NCBI RefSeq assembly: GCF_009834535.1
Contig: NC_045707.1
Location: 50,098,001-50,162,000 of the forward strand
Origin: Camelus ferus
Lineage: Eukaryota
Direction of reading: 5' to 3'
DNA: 64,000 nt
Shown here piece by piece: positions 27,946 to 39,356 of the stretch. The notes beneath the pieces were generated by a model. That model did not search any database and was not told where the DNA came from. It saw nothing but the letters and a program-made list of their open reading frames with translations. The position numbers and the translations under genes are program-made. Numbering within the stretch: position 1 is the stretch's first letter; the number at the start of each line of letters is the position of its first letter.

Positions 27946-28378
27946 TGTGAACTGAAAAAAAAAATGCACAACCTAAAAGCTGAGAATAATGTTTCATTCA
28001 GCAGACTTACTGAGGACTTAAGCCCACAAACTTTCAGCTCTGAGGGACTGTTTCTGAAGAGGTAAGACAGGAGCCAGGATACATAGGAGTTTTTGAAAGA
28101 AAAACAAAAACAGGTTGTCAGAACATCAAAAGATTACTGTTAAAGAAAACCAGACATCAAGTTAATGAATCTAGCACTTTTCTATGTATGGGAAGATGCA
28201 AGAGTCTGAGCTTACTAAAATCATTCCTTTGATGTGCACCTCATCTAGGGCCAGTATCCTCTTTTTTTCCATCCTGAATCTCCTCGGGGTACTGTCGGGG
28301 GCCGCTGCAGTGGCTTTTGGCTTGATGGCCACAACATCCTTTGTTTACTGAAATAGCAGACAGCATTCTTTATCTATG
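27946..28378 (-). repeat. 3' LTR of outer ERV
   Basis: Direct repeat of 38790-39356. Confidence 0.9.
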
Positions 28379-31300
28379 CCACTTCCTCTTGGTCATAAAT
28401 TCAACCAACATTTGGAGGCATTTCATGACCAACTGTGTCCCACAGCACTAGGAAGGCTCACTCCTAGATCAGGTGAAGATTCTGTTGACAGGCCACTCAC
28501 TGTGCTGATTCTTTTTGATTAGGCCCTACTGATAATCTAAAATTCTCCAGATCGACTGTCTTACCAGTCAGTTACGATCCAGGAAATGTTTTCCTTTGTT
28601 GCTTCTTCCCATATTTAGGGTTGCACGATTACTAGTATTCTGTGTAGAGTTATATATATGATCAGTTGCCTCAAGACTTTTAGCCAGCATTAATTCTGTC
28701 AGAGGCCTAGTTACACACTGGGTAATGCGACAATCTTACAAGATAGACAGGATTTAAGTAACAGAGCTAGTAGCGTTAAGTCATAGTACAGAGGAGAGAC
28801 ACAAGGCATAAATAATTTGAAAACAACAGCAAATTGAAACAATGACCAGTATAACGGGTTATAATCTGATCACAATAAGCCATCAAGTCCACAGGAGAGC
28901 CAGCCAGAGAAGCCAGATTCTGGAAGGATCAGGGAGAGAGGAAAAGATAAATGTTTCATCTTCATTTATAAAGGCATAGATCATCAATTTGTTGTAGGTC
29001 ATAATTAAGAGAAAAGGTTTTCTGGAAAACAAAGATTAACAGCCAACATATTTCAGAAAAAAAAAAAAAAGTCATAAAATTATCACATTTATCACTTCAT
29101 TCAGACCCATGGAATTAATTCCTGTTGATCTGGATGAAGTCATCAGATTTTTTTCATTAGAGTTTTGTCATTTCTAACCTAGGTCAGTGGTGTGATATAA
29201 GCTATCAAACTTAAAATGTCATAAAGTCCTTTTTATGAATCTTCATGAAGATCTTCATTTCATAAAAGCATCAGAGTAAAACCATGATCGTTTGTAAATA
29301 CCAAAAGACTTCAAATGGCACAAAGATCTGATGACAATGCCACTGACAAGAAACTTCGATATTTGTGTCGTACATTTTAAGATAATAACCAGAATTATGA
29401 CTGATAACATACTAGGACATATCAGAGGTTTAGGAATTCCATATAAATTTTGGAATATCTGTATTAATGACATTTACCCATACCATATAATCGAACATTT
29501 ATCTCCAATCGCTTGACAACACTTCAAGTACTTGAACAAGTGAAACAAACCTCACTAGTCTAATATTCCTCTGAGATGCCTCAGGGTTCCTTTGAAGCAT
29601 CCCAGAGTTAGCTGAAGGTCAAAAGAACTTCAGTTAGAATTTGATATTTGGAAAGTTTGTCGAAAATATCAAAAAGGTTTCCAAACACTTAGTCAGACAG
29701 GATCATAGGTCACTGTGAAACAATACTTACTCACTTAAAGTGAAAAAAGACTTCAAAAGCAAATACAGATCACTTAAATGTAAAGAAAGAATCAAAAGCA
29801 GTATTCCAAGAAAACTTTGTTCTCTTAACAGAGAAGGAACTGAATCCAGTCCTGCACCAGTTTATTTTTAATAACAAAATCAATTTACCTGATTAAATTT
29901 CATCTAATCCCAGCCTGACCGTGCACAAAACTCCTTTATCAGGGGGCTCCCTTTCCATAAACCTTTCTGTATCCATATTAGTTTGTCCCTTATTTTTCAA
30001 CTCAGAAACAACCAACTAGGACCAAACAACAACAACAAAAAAATCACTCTTTCTGCTTAAAAAATATCTATTTTCATTCCTCATACCTTCTTTTGCTGAA
30101 AACACAGATCCTATTTTCCTTGCATATTGAAATGTCTCCTCTATTATTTTGAGTAGCTTTAATTACATATTATAATCTTAACTCTTAAAAACTTTAATCA
30201 TCTCTAGTGAAAACCAACAAGCAACAAGTGATTATGAACTGTTGGTTCCAGCATTTCCTGATTGGAATAACCCTCGAGAAACTTACAACATGTCATAGCA
30301 TACTTTCCTTCCTCATTTTGGTACGTGTCTAATAAACCCAAACATCTTTAGTTTCCCTCTTGTAAGGCAACAAAGGTAGGTGAATTCAGACCTGTTTAGC
30401 AATTAATGTTCCAGTATTTTATCTTATTTGAAATGAAATGGACATACAGTGAAGTCCCTTCATTTAACTCAGCAAAACTCAAGTTACCAAAAGTCTGGAG
30501 AAACTATTTTAGATAACATACCTAAAAGTAATCATTCCTGAAGCGTCCACCTGAAAACCCGTCATTTACTTTTATAAAACATGAAAATATACCCACTTCC
30601 TTTCTTGTTGACAAACTCTGCAACAGGAATAACATGAACTTACTGACCTTCAGTAAACCACAAGCTTAAGCTAGCTTTAATGCCAGATATTAACTTAATA
30701 TTGAGTATTTCTTAGAGCACATGAACTTGAAATTCATCCTGGCCAGTTTCTTTTATATTTAAAAATATTTAATTTGTAAGTGCTTACTTCTAAGTCAATT
30801 AAATAGAGATCTTTTATAAACATAATTTTGATAATATTTTCTGGAGGTAGAGTCATATATATAATATACACATAGACATATAAATAGACACAACTAGAGA
30901 TCCCATAACTTTAACACTTAGATATGAATCAGATATACAATATAAACTTATCAGCTTATAAATAACTGTTGGAATAAATTTAATTTATTTGCTCAAATGA
31001 CTAAGGCTTTAACTCTTTGTGGAAAAGACAAGAATTTCATCTGGCCTTTACTGAACACTTTAAGGAAGTTAGGAATTAGATTTTAGGTGAGGGAGTTTCT
31101 CCACCTGAGTTTTGAGTTTAAAAGGGCCATGTCCCCCCTTTTTTCCCCCTCTATTTCAGATTCCGATTGAACTAATTAGGCTCAGTCTCAGGTCATTGTG
31201 GACTATATTTAGATTTCTGATTTGTAGAGATTTGCAAGACAAAGATAGTTGCTTTTAATTCATCAAAGAACTGGTCTGCTGCCTAAATGATAATTAAAAG

Positions 31301-31401
31301 ATTGATTTGCCCAACTACATTTTCTTTATTTTTTATATCAGTGAGAAGATTTCCAACTAAACTGAAATTCAAAAGTTCCACGTTCTAGAGCTTCAGGGTT
31401 T

Positions 31402-31573
31402 TTTTTTTTTTTTTTTTTTTTAATTTTTTTGTTGTTGTTTGATTGTTGTTGTTGGGGGGGAGGTAATTAGGTTTATTTCCTTTATTTTTTTTAAAAAAGG
31501 AGGTACAGGGGATTGAACCCAGGACCTCATGCATGCTAAGCAGGCACTCTATTAATTGAGCTATACCCTCCTC
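31402..31573 (-). mobile_element. tRNA-derived SINE (Vic-1-like) inserted in the outer ERV
   Basis: Antisense SINE body with long poly(T); perfect 18-bp TSD TCTAGAGCTTCAGGGTTT at 31384-31401 and 31574-31591. Confidence 0.9.
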
Positions 31574-31822
31574 TCTAGAGCTTCAGGGTTTAAGTCACCA
31601 AGCCTTCAAAGCTTACACAAGACATCCAACAAAGGCCCTCTTTCTGAGTGCACAGGTTAGACCCAGAGCAAAGGTTCTAGTATTTGTTTTTTATTAGCCC
31701 TGAATATTAGCTTCCAGTTTTTAATTTATATTGTACAGGCTCAGGTAACCCTATTAGTTTCCTTTAGTATATTTAATTATTCTTTCCTGAGGAGCAGATC
31801 CAAATGTCCCGTCTTATAATAC

Positions 31823-32178
31823 TGTTAGGGAGTTTAGATAGAAATGAACACTGGGCAGGGGGAAAGGAAAGGGAAATGAACCATCCACAACACAAGGAAC
31901 CTGAGCTGTCAGCTAACCAGGGCGCAGGGAACCCGAGTTGTCAATCAATCAATCAATCACAAAACCAGGATAAAAAACAGGAAAAATGAGGGAATGGCGC
32001 CATTTTTCCTCTCCTGGATTGGCTCGCTCCCAATCCTCAGGAGTGAACTATCTTTCACTGTTTTTTTTTAATTCACTAATAAAAATCTTGCTTATATCAC
32101 ACTTTTTGAAAAATTATTTTTATTTTCAGGTGACTAAGAACCGAGGTAGTAATTCTTACTTCCCTTTTCCCGGTAACA
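31823..32178 (+). repeat. 5' LTR of nested ERV
   Basis: TG...CA, TATA-like GATAAAAA, AATAAA at ~32078; direct repeat of 35993-36355. Confidence 0.92.
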
Positions 32179-32185
32179 CTGATTT

Positions 32186-32203
32186 CGGTGCCATGACTGG
32201 GAT
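32186..32203 (+). promoter_or_regulatory. Primer-binding site, tRNA-His type
   Basis: CGGTGCCATGACTGGGAT versus TGGTGCCGTGACTCGGAT (15/18). Confidence 0.8.
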
Positions 32204-33539
32204 TGCGCGCTTCAACCTAATCTTTCCTCCTCCATCTCCCTCTCCCTCCCCGAGGCCAGCGGAGCACAGGCTCCTGGGGCCGGGCTGTGGAGGCTGGAGC
32301 GAGGACAGGGTGCGGGGCTCCCAGCGGCCCTGGGCCGGCCAAGCAGCCAGCGGCCCGTCTGGGGCCGCGCGCCGCCTCCCCCCGCCAGCCCCGCCCGCCA
32401 CGGAGCTCCAGGGGCAGCTAACCAGGCTTACTCCAGAACCACGGTAAACTGCGTCACTTCTGGCCCTTACGCTGGACTGGCCTATAGAGAAGACCGCTGA
32501 CCGCCTGAAAACCAGGAAGAGGAGAAGATGACACTGTGAGGTAGACAGCTGACTCAAGACCCGGGGCCAGGCCTGTGTACCGATTACTTTATCACTCACA
32601 CCTTTACATACTGGTCTCTATCCTCGGCTGGGGGTCCTTGCTTCTGCTTTCTGACTTCTGCTATCGAGTTCTCTGAAAAACACCCTTGTTCAATCTCTGA
32701 CTCTCTTTGTCCCACTGGTCACTGCAAGGTCCTATGGCTCCAACAGGGGTGCCCTCCTCTGAGCTATGACTTACTCACTCTCTGACCTAAAAGAGAACTC
32801 CCAGTTTCCCAGTGCGGCTGGGCCTCGCCCCTGGTGCCACTGTTTCAACCTGTGGTGCCCTGGGGACTCTCGTAACTGTATTATTACTCTTATTCACGGG
32901 CCAGCAAGTATTTGGCCACGGCTTTCGTACATGGCTTGAGTAACACTGTCCCTGGTGGCCTTTTCTAGAAAACACCACCGTGGACAGTAACCATGGGCTG
33001 CAATGTCTCTGACTCCTTTCTGGCTTCATGTCCCTCCGGGGACACTTGCTCAGGCAAGAAAACATCTCTGCCTTAGAAAACTGAGCTGCTGGAGTTCTAG
33101 CTCAAGTTCTCCTCTCCTGCTGCCTTCCCCATGCAGGAGCTTCCATAGGGGCCCTCTACCCCTAACTCCCTCCTCAATTTTTGTCCCCTTTCTCCGGCTG
33201 TCCCAGTTAGGCAGCTCTCCTGCTCCCGGATCACCAATCACCCACGGGGTTAAAACTGACTATTTCCTAGGACTGCGGAGACACTCAGCTCATGGTAAGA
33301 CTGTGGCCGCTTTCCCCATCCAGAGAGGAGGCCAGGACACCAGGTCCTCCTTCTGCAGACCAATGACCTGGGGACGCCAGACTCTCTTTGGTCCATGGCT
33401 TCAGGGTACTCTTGGCTAAGGCAGAAGACTGACACTTCAGACTACAGCCTGTGGGCTTCACCTCGGGACGCTGAGCTCTGAAGCCCCCGCTTCCACCAGA
33501 GTCCTGCCCTGTAGATGGAAAGCCAACAGTTGATCCCTG

Positions 33540-34290
33540 CTGGGACTCCCCTGGGCTACATCTTAGCCAAAAGCATGGCCCATAAATAGGAGCATAAATT
33601 CAAGCACCTTGCTCCAGCTTAATCTCCTCTACAATACACAAGGCAAATGGTCTAAAATACCATATATTCAGATCTTTTATTTGCTGAGGGACAGCAATAA
33701 TCTCCTAAAGAAATGCAAAATAGCCATCTTGGCCATGGTTGCTATCAGCAACCTGCTGTCTCCAACACCTCCTTGAGAGGGGGACTCCCTTAAACGTACA
33801 TCCTCCCCTGCTCTCCCTACCATATACCTCTCATTTAAAGGATAAATTTCTCACCCAATCTGCCCCTGATATAAGACAAAAACTCCAAAAGGCAATCCAG
33901 GAACCCAGAGTAACTCTTGATAAATACTAACCATTGCTGCCACAGGTTTTGTTTTGTTTTGTTTTGTTTTTAATTGAGATCAGGTACAAGAGACCAAGGC
34001 TCAGGAGAAGGAAAGAAGGAAAGAGGCCAGGCCTGCCCAGATGAGCAGCCACCGTCCCTAAGTCCTCGGCCCCCAGCAGCACGAGACAAGCCTGACGATC
34101 AACACAACATCTGCCGCTGACCTGGCCGTGGGCCAACAAATGTCCCCGTAAGGACAAACCTCCAAGATCTGCCTGCTTTTGGTGTAACAAGCAAGGTCAC
34201 TGGGTGGCCCTCTGTCCCTCAAGCCAAACGGCCCGTGGCGGAGAACCAGCCTGCGACCTGCAGATGGTTGTCCGGGACTAAAGCAGCCCC
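33540..34290 (+). pseudogene. gag: gag remnant
   Basis: MA-like QLNLLYNTQGKWSKIPYIQIF; CA C-terminal KDKFLTQSAPDIRQKLQK; intact zinc knuckle CFWCNKQGHWVALC (CX2CX4HX4C, 34174-34215); stops, frameshifts and deletions. Confidence 0.85.
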
Positions 34291-34329
34291 CTCCAGTCAG
34301 CCCCAATGCAAGAGATCTCCATCCCTGGG

Positions 34330-35730
34330 CTGCAGCCGCGGGGACAAATGGATGTGGCAGGTGGGACAATAACTTTCCTTTTGGATACTGGGGCCACTTA
34401 CTCTGTCCTAACTTCCTTCTCCAGACCCTTTCCTCTAGACCCTACAACACACCTATCCTTCTGGTCATTAAGAAGGATGGGACCTACAGACTAGTCCAAA
34501 ATTTAAAAATCATAAACGAGGCTGTAAGTGCCTCTTCATCCCGTGGTTCCAACCCCCGATGTGTTACTGCAGACATACCTCCAGGAGCCCAGTGGTGCCC
34601 CACCTTAGACCTAAACACGCTTTCTCCTGGGTACCGCTTAGTCTCCAGTCCCAATACTTATTAGCCTTTCAGTGGGACTCACCCAGTGGGTGTCAGCGCC
34701 AGCTAACCTGGACAGTGCTACCACAGGGGTTAGAGATAGTTCTCACCTCTTTGGGCAAGCTCTGGCCCAAGATTTACAGGACTTACAGCTTTAAAAGGGA
34801 CTACTCCCCAACATGTAGATGACCTACTTATCTGCTCCCTTACTCAAGAATAGGCTCATCCAACATGCAATCCAAACTCTTGACTTCTTGGCCGAGTGGG
34901 GATATAAAGTTTCCAGGTCTAAGGCCAAAATGGTCAAGCAAGAGGTAACTTATCTAGGAGTTGTTCTGACTCCTGGAAACTGTAGCTTTTCCCCTGAAAG
35001 AATTCAAGAAATCTTACAACTCCCTAATCCCATTACTCAAAAACAGCTCAGGGCATTACTTGCACTAACAGGTTACTGTAGGCTTTGGATCCCTAACTAT
35101 GGGTCTATAGCCCAACCTCTATATGACAGTTTAAAGGGTAAGGATGACTCAGTACCCCTCCAGTGGGGTCTTTCCCAACAGGAAGCAATGGAAGAATTAA
35201 AAACTCTCCTAGTAAGATCCCTGGCCTTGGGGCTTCCAGATCCCACAAGGCCCTTCCAGTTCTATGTTCACGAGAGAGGAGGAATAGCCTTGGGGGTCCT
35301 CACCCAACAGCCCCTGGGACACCTCTCCAAGCAGCTAGATCCCACTGCCCGAGGCTGCCCTTCCTGCCTAAGAGTGTTGGGAGCCCCCTCCACACTCCTG
35401 GAGGAAGCTTCTAACCTAACTGTGGGGGCCGCTATACAAGCATAAGCTAACCACCAAGTTTCTGATCTTTTAAAAGGCAAGGGACATTTCTGGCTCTCAG
35501 ATGCTCAGCTTCTTAAATATCAGGCATTATTTTTGGAAAACCCAGATACTACTGTCTCTGTCTGTGGGACACTCAATCCTGCTACACTATTACCATCACC
35601 AGACGAGTCTCTTCCCTTCTACCTATGTCATGAGACTATCCATTTCTCTAGGAGCTAGAACAGATCTCACTGACCAATCCCTGAAAAACCATGATGAGAT
35701 CTGGCTCACTGATGGGAGCCACATATTCTT
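34330..35730 (+). pseudogene. pol: pro-pol remnant (protease, RT, start of RNase H)
   Basis: FLLDTGATYSVL; PYNTPIL..KKDGTYRLVQ; WTVLPQG; HVDD at 34812-34823 (YxDD position); LTGYCRLWIPNY; LSKQLDP; WLTDGS; several frameshifts. Confidence 0.92.
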
Positions 35731-35992
35731 GTGAACCTCTTAGCAATCTGCGACTGCTTCTCAAGGGACACTCTGAGTCAAACTTCAAATGGCTATACAA
35801 CAAGGTAATCAACCAGCCAAGACAGCTTTTATACAAGCCCCTCGATGGACACCGACCCTTCACTCACCACCTGCCCAGTGACAGCCAGCTAGTCTGGGAC
35901 CCCATCATCACCCCAGATCAGCAGGAAGTAGCTAGAGCGGTCGTCACCCTCTATGTCCCAAAGATTTGGGGTCCTATGACTAGAGCGGGGAA

Positions 35993-36355
35993 TGTTAGGT
36001 AGTTTAGATAAAAATGAGCACTGGGCAGGGGGGAGGAAGGGGAAGGGAACAATCTAGAGCACAAGGAACCTGAGCTGTCAATCAACCAGAGCACACAGAA
36101 CCTGAGTTGTCAATCAATCAATCAATCACAAAACCAGGATATAAAAATAGGAACAATGAGGGAACGGTGTCATTTTTCCTCTCTTGGACTGGCAGCTCCC
36201 AATTCTCGGGAGTGGACTATCTTTCACTGTTTTTTTTTTTTAACGTCACTAATAAAAATCTTGCTTATATCATGCTTTTTGTCTCTTGTCAAAAATTCTT
36301 TTTCTTCGGGTGACTAAGGACAGAGGTAATTCTTATTTCCCGTTTTCCGGTAACA
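35993..36355 (+). repeat. 3' LTR of nested ERV
   Basis: TG...CA, TATAAAA box, AATAAA at 36251; preceded by PPT. Confidence 0.92.
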
Positions 36356-36589
36356 ATACCAAGCTGGGAAAGCATTCCCAGTGAGACATAATGTCCATCA
36401 AACAATGCAATTAGGCAGAAGAGATGTAACCATCTCATATAAAGCCTGTTTAAATATACCAATTTTTATAAACTTTCATCTCAGTTCTATCAACTTTCGT
36501 ACCTTTAGCTTTAGTTTCTGTTAGGATCCAATCAACAAGCCTTGGTCTTACAAGGAGTCCTAAAAGGCTTTTTGCTCCCTGACCATTTT

Positions 36590-36605
36590 ATTTATTTTTA
36601 TTTTT

Positions 36606-36648
<43 letters not shown>

Positions 36649-36812
36649 TTATTTATTTATTTATTTATTTATTTATTGAAGTATAGTCAGTTTACAATGT
36701 TGTGTCAATTTCTGGTGTACAGCACAATCATACATGAACATACATATATTTGTTTTCATATTCTTTTCAAAATTTATTATTTGTTGTATATGTATTTTTT
36801 TTTATTGAAGTA
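36590..36812 (-). mobile_element. Short L1 3'-end fragment(s) with (GT)n/(ATTT)n tail inside the outer ERV
   Basis: ttattgaagtatagtcagtttacaatgttgtgtcaatttctggtgtacagcac, the same L1 end as at 13330. Confidence 0.75.
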
Positions 36813-38766
36813 TTATCTACTTCTAAACAGAAGGCTCTGGGGTCCTTAGTGAGGGGTTGAGCCAAGGGACTCAAGCCCTTTTATCTATCTTTCAACTTGA
36901 TTAATTGTTGGTCAGGTATCTCAGGGTAATTTTCTTCCAGTCTTTAATTTATATATATATATAATTTTTTTTTTTAACTGAGGTAAATAGAGCAAACTTG
37001 TTTGGAGCCCTTTAATGCTGGGGACCAAAAGGGGGTCCCTTTGGCCCATCCAACCTTAGGTAACGTTGTTTCAAATCCTTGTCTTAATCCCATTAACATC
37101 CATTTTATCTCATGTCTTAATGACCATCTAAAGATTTCTTTATCCGTTTGGGACAAATCCTGTTAAAATTTCCACCTTGTTGGGAAGAAGTCTCTAGACT
37201 GTCCTTCAGTTTTTTCTTCCTTCCCTTTTAATCAATCTAATTAAAATTAATTATCCAAATGTTTCCATTAGCATCTGTAAGACCCTTTGAGGGGAAGCAG
37301 AGACCACAAATAAGGCTTCCCAAACTGTATTTCTGTTTGTTTTAAATTAAGGGAATTCTTAGGTTAACCATTCTATGTATTTCTTCTATACTTTTTTCCA
37401 CCTTTTAATGTGTTTTTCCCCCCATAGGTACCAATCAAACAGCTGTTTATAATGAGAGCTGTCTAAAAATTTACCAATTTAGAAGTTACTCCTATTTAAA
37501 GGATCCATCATCTGGCCATTGACAAGGTGTCTTAATAGTGTCTCAAGACAACAAGATGCAAGAGGTGTTCCCATAAGAAGAATGCTGCCTAAACAAGACC
37601 CAGAAAGTTTACTCCCCAAAATCGTCTGAGGCCTTCGTTTTACAGGCAGATGCAATGAAAGTTAAAACGACAAAAGCCCCTGTGAGCTGGCACAGACAAA
37701 AGACTGCTCAGAACCCCAGTCTATTCGACTGGCTGCCAAGTGTTGAAGATCAAAATCCTGAAACGATGTTTTATCAGGCTGGCTTTCTCTAACTTAACTG
37801 CATACGCAGTAAAAAAGCCCCATCTTAGTCATTTTCAGGGTGATATTTTCTTTAATTCCCCATTACGTAAATACTTGTAAGTACAAGTTTTGTACGTACA
37901 GAAGTCTGGCTGGGGTGTTAGTTGGAGGCTGACAACCTGTCGTTCCTTTTTCTTTCATTTTGAAAGCTTTGCTCCCCATCCCGAGGTGGGTCTGTCGAGA
38001 TAAAATCGCTGGTGATGACTGTGTGCTGGGCTACTGTGCTGTTTGTGAGCTTAAGTCTAATTTTTACTAAAGAGTCGTGTCTGCTCTTAAATGTCCTGGT
38101 TTCTCCCTCTGCAGCCTAAGACCACCATGGGTGCTCAGGTCTAGAGGTGGCCACTGAGTACGCATGGCCCTGGCTGAGCAAGTTTTAATTACAGTCAGGT
38201 TTCCCTACAGGGCAGCTGCACAGTATGAGGGCATGCCTCCACCACTCCCACAAGCTTCTCAGTTGCCTGAAAGTCACTGCCGGCCAGAAAAGAGAAGCCC
38301 CTTCTTCAGAGCTGAAAGCTCTCATGAGGTATCTTCACGTTTATTTCTACAAGCTACTAAAGTAGCCAATTCAAGGGGAAAAAACCACAGGCCAGACTCC
38401 CACCTAATTACTCAGTCCAGTCCTACTCAGTGTCTTTCAGCAGAGCAAAGTCTTCCCAGTCTTTCAACTGAGAATAAAACCACTGTGTCTAAACTGAGCA
38501 AAAATCTTCCCAGTGTCTTTCAACTGAGGATAACCGAGGTACTTCTCCTTAAAACCAAGTTTCAAGGATAATCTACTCCAGAGAAGAGTGTAAAACCACC
38601 AAGTAAAACTTAGGATCATCAGCCAGTAATGAGAGATCCGAGAATCGAGGGAGACTCACCCAGATTCATCTGGACTCTGAAGAGTAGGACGGGGACCAGA
38701 GGCCCCTGCTGGTACCAGATTTCAGATCCTCGTAGAGTCCAGGTGAAGGAGAGAAGTCTGCTCTGG

Positions 38767-38785
38767 GTCCCTTAGTTGGTCGCCA
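38767..38785 (-). promoter_or_regulatory. Primer-binding site, tRNA-Arg type
   Basis: Minus strand TGGCGACCAACTAAGGGAC versus tRNA-Arg complement TGGCGACCACGAAGGGAC (one extra base, one mismatch). Confidence 0.75.
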
Positions 38786-38789
38786 AAAC

Positions 38790-39356
38790 TGTCGACTGAA
38801 AAAAAAAAAAACATGCAAAACCTGAAAGTTGAGAATTATGTTTTATTCAATGGACTTACTGAGGACTTAAGCCTAGGACATAAACTCTCAGATAGCTCTG
38901 AGGGGTTGCTTCTGAAGAGGTAAGGCAGGAGCCGTGATATACGGGAGTTTTTGAAAAGAAAAAAGAAAAAAAAACAAACAGGTAGTCAGAACATCAAAAG
39001 ATTACTGTTAAAGAAAACCAGACATCGAGTTAATGAACTTTGCACTTTTCTATGTACAGGAAGATGCATATGCATGTATATGCATGGGAAGAAGTCTGGG
39101 CTTATTGAAATTATTCCTTTGATGTGCACCTTAAATAGGGCCGGTATCTGTTTCCTCCATCCTGAGTTCCATTCTGGGTGTGCCACTGGGGTGGGCTGCA
39201 GAGGCAGATGGCTTGGTGGCGGTGGGTAACCTGTTTTAACTCCACCCTGAATTCCCCTCAGGGTGCACCGTCGGGTGGGTGGGTGCGGCGGCTGATGACT
39301 CAACAGCCACAACATCCCTTGTTTACTGAAATAGCAGGTGACATTCTATGTCCACA
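38790..39356 (-). repeat. 5' LTR of outer ERV
   Basis: TG...CA on the minus strand; minus-strand AATAAA at ~38842-38847; adjoins the PBS. Confidence 0.9.

Larger units (their letters stand above)
31823..36355 (+). mobile_element. Nested class I provirus with His PBS (HERV-H/F-like), internally deleted
   Basis: LTRs 31823-32178 and 35993-36355 (TGTTAGG...GGTAACA); TSD ATAC (31819-31822 and 36356-36359); PBS at 32186; PPT agagcggggaa at 35982-35992; gag/pro/pol remnants. Confidence 0.93.
27946..39356 (-). mobile_element. Outer class I (ERV1, MER4-group-like) provirus, degenerate and apparently non-autonomous
   Basis: Homologous LTRs at 27946-28378 and 38790-39356; 4-bp TSD TAGG (27942-27945 and 39357-39360); minus-strand PBS next to the right LTR; purine-rich PPT (aagaggaagtgg) next to the left LTR; gag remnant QWPDDGSF (~37498-37522); hydrophobic TM-like remnant ILVIVSICCCFQII (~28810-28855). 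Confidence 0.9.

Noticed and set aside
31986..32599. Overlapping 153-aa (+) and 147-aa (-) ORFs
   Set aside because: They span LTR, PBS and GC-rich leader; openness is explained by GC content and no protein motif was recognised.
34819..35445. 208-aa ORF as a functional or domesticated RT
   Set aside because: It begins at the catalytic motif in a different frame (the motif reads HVDD) and is flanked by frameshifts; a decayed fragment.
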